A DNA stretch of 24,000 nucleotides from Paraflavisolibacter caeni (lineage in GTDB: Bacteria > Bacteroidota > Bacteroidia > Chitinophagales > Chitinophagaceae): the NCBI RefSeq assembly GCF_025628885.1, contig NZ_JAOTIF010000001.1, positions 763,751 through 787,750 of the forward strand. Direction: 5' to 3'. How positions within the stretch are numbered: position 1 is the stretch's first letter; each line of letters begins with the position of its first letter. The position numbers were made by a program, and so were the translations under genes. Under the pieces are notes generated by a model that saw only the letters and a program-made list of their open reading frames with translations, was not told the origin of the DNA and did not search any database. Below, one piece after another: positions 20,401 to 24,000 of the stretch.

Positions 20401-20433
20401 CAAATGTAGGGGTAATGGATAAAACTCAGCAAC
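20401..20433 (-). promoter_or_regulatory. Candidate Bacteroidota-type promoter of the thi operon
   Basis: The minus strand has TACATTTG (20408-20401), matching TAnnTTTG. A GTTG (20433-20430) lies 21 nt upstream as a partial -33 TTTG. The predicted start falls at the first bases of riboswitch P1. Confidence 0.4.
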
Positions 20434-20489
20434 AGGCCGCTTAAATTTTTATTTCATAAACTTGCAGGCTACAAGAAAATAAAATCAAT

Positions 20490-21338
20490 ATGAAGGCATT
20501 TTTAGGCATGGGATTGTTAGGTTCCAACTTTGTAAAAGCCATGATTAACAGGGGTGAACAAGTGCAGGTTTGGAACCGTACAACATCCAAAGCATTGGAG
20601 CTTGAAAAATTTGGAGCGAAGGCATTCAGTGATGTAAAGGATGCCGTGAAAGGGGCAAGCCTGGTTCATCTCACATTGAAAGATGATGCCTCAGTTGACG
20701 AAGTGTTGGAAGCTGCCAGTGAAGGATTTGCACCGGGTGTTATTATTTTAGACCATACGACTACCTCAAAAGAAGGAGCGATCAGGAGAACAAGGGAATG
20801 GAGGGAAAAAGGTTTCATTTATCAACATGCACCAGTATTCATGGGTCCTGTGAATGCATTGGAAGGTACAGGCTTTATTCTGTTGTCAGGTGACCAGGAT
20901 ATCATTGGTCAACTGGAGCCAGTATTATCCAAAATGACGGGCAAGCTGCTTCATTATGGACCCGAAGTGGGAAAAGCAGCGGCCATCAAACTTGTTGGCA
21001 ATGCATTCCTGGTGTGTTTGACAATTGGTTTAAGAGACACGCTTGCGTTGACAAAAGCGCTTGGCATTGCTACAGATGATTTGATGTCCCTCTTAGAATC
21101 CTGGAATCCGGGTACCCAGGTGCAGGCCAGGTTGAAAAGAATGACCGTTGGGGATGATACAAAGCCTTCCTGGGAGTTGGCTATGGCCAGAAAAGATACG
21201 CAATTGTTCCTGGAAGCTGCGCAACAAGGCGGGACGGATCTTGCGATCATTCCTGCAATTGCGGCCCTGATGGATCAATGGATCGCAAAAGGTTATGGAA
21301 ACCATGACTGGACCGTGGTAGGGAAGGAGTTTGCTTAA
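20490..21338 (+). CDS. NAD(P)-dependent beta-hydroxyacid dehydrogenase family oxidoreductase (3-hydroxyisobutyrate/6-phosphogluconate dehydrogenase-like)
   Basis: N-terminal Rossmann motif FLGMGLLGSNF followed by VWNRT. Central GKAAAIKLVGN helix and the ARKD motif typical of the family. Substrate unknown. Confidence 0.75.
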   Translation: MKAFLGMGLLGSNFVKAMINRGEQVQVWNRTTSKALELEKFGAKAFSDVKDAVKGASLVHLTLKDDASVDEVLEAASEGFAPGVIILDHTTTSKEGAIRRTREWREKGFIYQHAPVFMGPVNALEGTGFILLSGDQDIIGQLEPVLSKMTGKLLHYGPEVGKAAAIKLVGNAFLVCLTIGLRDTLALTKALGIATDDLMSLLESWNPGTQVQARLKRMTVGDDTKPSWELAMARKDTQLFLEAAQQGGTDLAIIPAIAALMDQWIAKGYGNHDWTVVGKEFA

Positions 21339-21395
21339 CACCATTCGTCAATAGTAAAGGTGATTTTTAAATTCGTTATGAGCTTTTGCGATTTT

Positions 21396-22427
21396 ATGAA
21401 ACAGATTGTAGCAACTGTGCTTTCCCTTTTTATGTTTTCAACAGGGTTTTCTCAAATGGCTTTTCGAAAAGTGAGTGAAGAGATCATTGTGAATGATGGT
21501 CCATTTAAGGCATGTCATGCATCAAGTATTGTAGAACCATCGCCTGGTGAAATCCTGGTGTCCTTTTTCGCTGGTTCAAGGGAAGGAGACAAGGATGTTT
21601 GTATCTGGTTAACCGCTAAGCAAAACAACCAATGGACAAAACCCTATATCATTGCAGATGGTGTGATCAATGATACACTAAGGTATCCATGCTGGAATCC
21701 AGTGCTGTTCAAAGCAAAACAGGATCAATTATTTCTTTTTTATAAAGTAGGGCCTAATCCCCGGGAATGGTGGGGCATGGTGCGCACCTCGAAAGACAAT
21801 GGGAAAACCTGGAATCAACCCGAGCGGCTTCCTGCGGGCGTTTTGGGCCCTATCAAAAATAAGCCTGTCCAACTGGCGGATGGTACGATACTGAGCCCTT
21901 CAAGTGTGGAAACTGATAATACCTGGAAGGTGCATATTGAGAAATCTTCAGATTTAGGTAAAACCTGGAAAATCATTCCAGTAGATAGTAATAGTAAGTT
22001 TAAAGTAATTCAACCGAGCATTCTACAATATCCAAACAAGCGCTTGCAGATCGTTTGCAGGAGTGACCAGGATAGAGTCGTTTATGCATGGTCGCAGGAT
22101 AATGGTAATCAGTGGACGGCCTTATCCCGGTCAGAATTGCCAAATCCAAATTCCGGGACAGATGCTGTTACATTAAAAAACGGAATACAGCTGATTGTTT
22201 ACAATCCAACGGTCAAGGGTAAGGACTGGTGGAATAATCGCCAAAAACTGAATGTGGCTGTTTCTAAAGATGGCTTGAACTGGAAAGATGTATGCATTTT
22301 GGAAAACGGTTCGGATGAAGAATTTAGCTATCCGGCTGTAATCCAGGCAAAAGATGGGAAAATTCATATTACGTATACTTACAATAGAAAGAATATCAAA
22401 CATGTAGTGCTTGAAGCAGGTAAGTAA
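21396..22427 (+). CDS. Secreted BNR/Asp-box repeat protein of the sialidase (exo-alpha-sialidase-like) fold
   Basis: Signal peptide MKQIVATVLSLFMFSTGFSQ. Four Asp-boxes: SKDNGKTW, SSDLGKTW, SQDNGNQW, SKDGLNW. Start moved from the GTG at 21360 to ATG 21396. Confidence 0.78.
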   Translation: MKQIVATVLSLFMFSTGFSQMAFRKVSEEIIVNDGPFKACHASSIVEPSPGEILVSFFAGSREGDKDVCIWLTAKQNNQWTKPYIIADGVINDTLRYPCWNPVLFKAKQDQLFLFYKVGPNPREWWGMVRTSKDNGKTWNQPERLPAGVLGPIKNKPVQLADGTILSPSSVETDNTWKVHIEKSSDLGKTWKIIPVDSNSKFKVIQPSILQYPNKRLQIVCRSDQDRVVYAWSQDNGNQWTALSRSELPNPNSGTDAVTLKNGIQLIVYNPTVKGKDWWNNRQKLNVAVSKDGLNWKDVCILENGSDEEFSYPAVIQAKDGKIHITYTYNRKNIKHVVLEAGK

Positions 22428-22540
22428 CTTATCCACCATCATTCCACAAACTCATCTTTTTATCCACACAATTGGCGCAAATACCATTTCGCAATGTCTT
22501 AAACTGTATTTTGCCCGCCCAAAATTTTGGATAAAATACC

Positions 22541-24000
22541 ATGAAAGGCTCCGACATCAGCTTTTTGTTCGATACCGCCCCGGCATTGCACATGTTGCGC
22601 TTGCGCAATGCGCATTGGGTACTGCCTTTTTTGTACAAGGTGTTCAAGGAAAAATCTGTTTTCTCCCTGCCTGAATTTTCATTGACTACACTTCTAGCCG
22701 AAGCCCTTAGTTCTCAAAATGAAGGCGTAGAAGACTGGGAAGAAGCGAAGATCGAGTTTGGTGAGGATGAGGAAAGCCGCGCCCGCAAATACCTGCTCAA
22801 CTGGGTGCAAAAACGACTGTTGCAGGACTTTCCCGCAGCTGACGGCACAACCATGTACCAGCTGAGTGCACATACGGAAAAGGTGTTCCAGTGGTTGCAA
22901 ACCCTTAGCCGTCGCGACTTCGTGGGAACGGAGAGCCGGTTTAAAATGCTGTTCAACTCACTCCATGATATAGTTGAAAAAACTGAAGACGACCGTTTCA
23001 AACGCCTGGAAGAATTAAAGAGCAAGCGTGCCGACATCGACAGGGAAATCAACGCCCTGGAGCATGGTGCTTCCGTGGAAGTATACAGCAATGCCCAGGT
23101 AGCAGAACGCCTTGAAATGTTTACCCGCCTCTGTTACGAGCTGCTGGGCGACTTCCGCGAAGTAGAAGACAACTTCAGGCAGATCCACCGCAACATCGTT
23201 GAACAACACACGAAAGCCGAAGTGAATAAGGGCGCTATTGTTGGCTATGCCTTCGACGCCTATGATGCCCTGCGCAACAGCAACCAGGGACGCAGTTTCT
23301 ATGCTTTCTGGGACTTCCTGATTTCAAGAGCAGGGCAGGTGGAATGGCGGCAACTGACCAGCCAGTTATTGGAATTGCTCCAATTGAGGAATATTGATTC
23401 TGATTACTACTTCCTGGACAACATCAAATCCATGTTGCTGGAGCAGGGACGTGTGGTGTATGAGGCCAATGATAAAATGGCAGAAAAATTAAGCCGTATT
23501 ATCACGGAAAAGGAAATGGCGCAACACAAAAGACTGCGGCAGCAAATTGGAGGGATCAAGGAACTGGTGCTGCAATTAATGGACAACGATAGCGTTCCCT
23601 GCAGTATTCAGGTGGAAGGAGCTGCAGAAATCAGGTTGTCCATGGACAGGAGGCTGCAGCAGGAACCTAAAAACATGCCTTCAATGGTAAGGCAACCGGT
23701 AAGCGGTAGCGAGACGATTGAAGATATGGCTCGTTTCAGCCGCTTATTGAATGCTCCTTTTGTGGATAAGAAAAAATTGTGGCAGAACGTAGAAGATATA
23801 TTAAAAGATAAGCATACAGCTACTTTAAGAGAGATCATCGAAATCACCGGACTGGAATATGGCGTGGCAGAAGTGGTTGCCTACTTCTCTTTTGTTAAAG
23901 ACAAAGGAGGCAAGGCGCAGATCATGAGTAGCATGAGCGAACATATTGCCTTGAACAGCGAGAGTAACAAGTTTATAGAAGTACCCTATTTGTTGTTCAA
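22541..24000 (+). CDS. jetA: DUF3375-family protein, probable Wadjet kleisin-like subunit JetA (5' 486 codons; CDS continues past the window)
   Basis: Not in the ORF track because no stop is reached. Frame 2 is open from ATG 22541 (in-frame TAA at 22532-22534 just upstream) to base 24000. The N-terminus APALHMLRLRNAHWVLPFLYKVFKE, the coiled-coil segment RLEELKSKRADIDREINALE, the RSFYAFWDFLISR motif and a size of about 490 aa match my recollection of DUF3375/JetA. Confidence 0.55.
   Translation, partial: MKGSDISFLFDTAPALHMLRLRNAHWVLPFLYKVFKEKSVFSLPEFSLTTLLAEALSSQNEGVEDWEEAKIEFGEDEESRARKYLLNWVQKRLLQDFPAADGTTMYQLSAHTEKVFQWLQTLSRRDFVGTESRFKMLFNSLHDIVEKTEDDRFKRLEELKSKRADIDREINALEHGASVEVYSNAQVAERLEMFTRLCYELLGDFREVEDNFRQIHRNIVEQHTKAEVNKGAIVGYAFDAYDALRNSNQGRSFYAFWDFLISRAGQVEWRQLTSQLLELLQLRNIDSDYYFLDNIKSMLLEQGRVVYEANDKMAEKLSRIITEKEMAQHKRLRQQIGGIKELVLQLMDNDSVPCSIQVEGAAEIRLSMDRRLQQEPKNMPSMVRQPVSGSETIEDMARFSRLLNAPFVDKKKLWQNVEDILKDKHTATLREIIEITGLEYGVAEVVAYFSFVKDKGGKAQIMSSMSEHIALNSESNKFIEVPYLLF

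Noticed and set aside
22411-23209. ORF 22411-22674 (+) and minus-strand ORFs 22429-22647, 22694-22900, 22714-23091, 23015-23209 and 23608-23847
   Set aside because: All are overlapped by the much longer frame-2 ORF (22541 to beyond 24000), which has a coherent DUF3375-like sequence. The listed ORFs are shadows of it.
22541-24000. Apparent GC increase in the jetA-like ORF relative to the neighbouring BNR gene, as a sign of horizontal transfer
   Set aside because: Hand counts of 60-nt blocks gave about 47-55% in jetA, about 32% in one BNR block and about 52% in a nuoL block. jetA is therefore not outside the range of core genes here. A proper sliding-window or codon-usage computation is needed.

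Overview
This is a chromosomal window of mostly housekeeping genes. It most likely comes from a Bacteroidota genome (Chitinophagia/Sphingobacteriia-like). The evidence is that start codons lack Shine-Dalgarno sequences, a TAnnTTTG -7 box precedes the thi leader, and TonB has the Bacteroidota-type N-terminus. Layout: (1) The distal half of an E. coli-like NADH:quinone oxidoreductase operon: the tail of a probable nuoG, then nuoH-I-J-K-L-M-N (296-7813, +), followed by a lipoprotein Cu/Zn superoxide dismutase. (2) A convergent TonB gene. (3) A biotin operon bioB-bioF-bioD-bioA plus a fifth, unnamed ferritin-like di-iron ORF (9599-14272, +). (4) A convergent thiamine operon on the minus strand: promoter, TPP riboswitch, thiS, thiC, TenI-like, thiD, thiE, thiG, thiH (20433 down to 14339). 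(5) A beta-hydroxyacid-dehydrogenase-family gene and a secreted BNR/sialidase-fold protein. (6) An ORF missing from the supplied track because it runs off the window (22541 to beyond 24000, +). I read it as DUF3375/JetA, the first gene of a Wadjet (JetABCD) SMC-type anti-plasmid system. I saw no tRNA/rRNA, CRISPR array, transposase or integrase. No complete novel multi-gene system is visible. The best novelty candidate is the di-iron ORF sitting where a pimeloyl-precursor gene would be expected in the bio operon. Secondary curiosities are repeat- and G/C-tract-rich spacers inside the nuo operon and the truncated Wadjet locus at the edge. All protein calls rest on motifs and remembered family sequences, not on alignments, and start codons were adjusted by eye.
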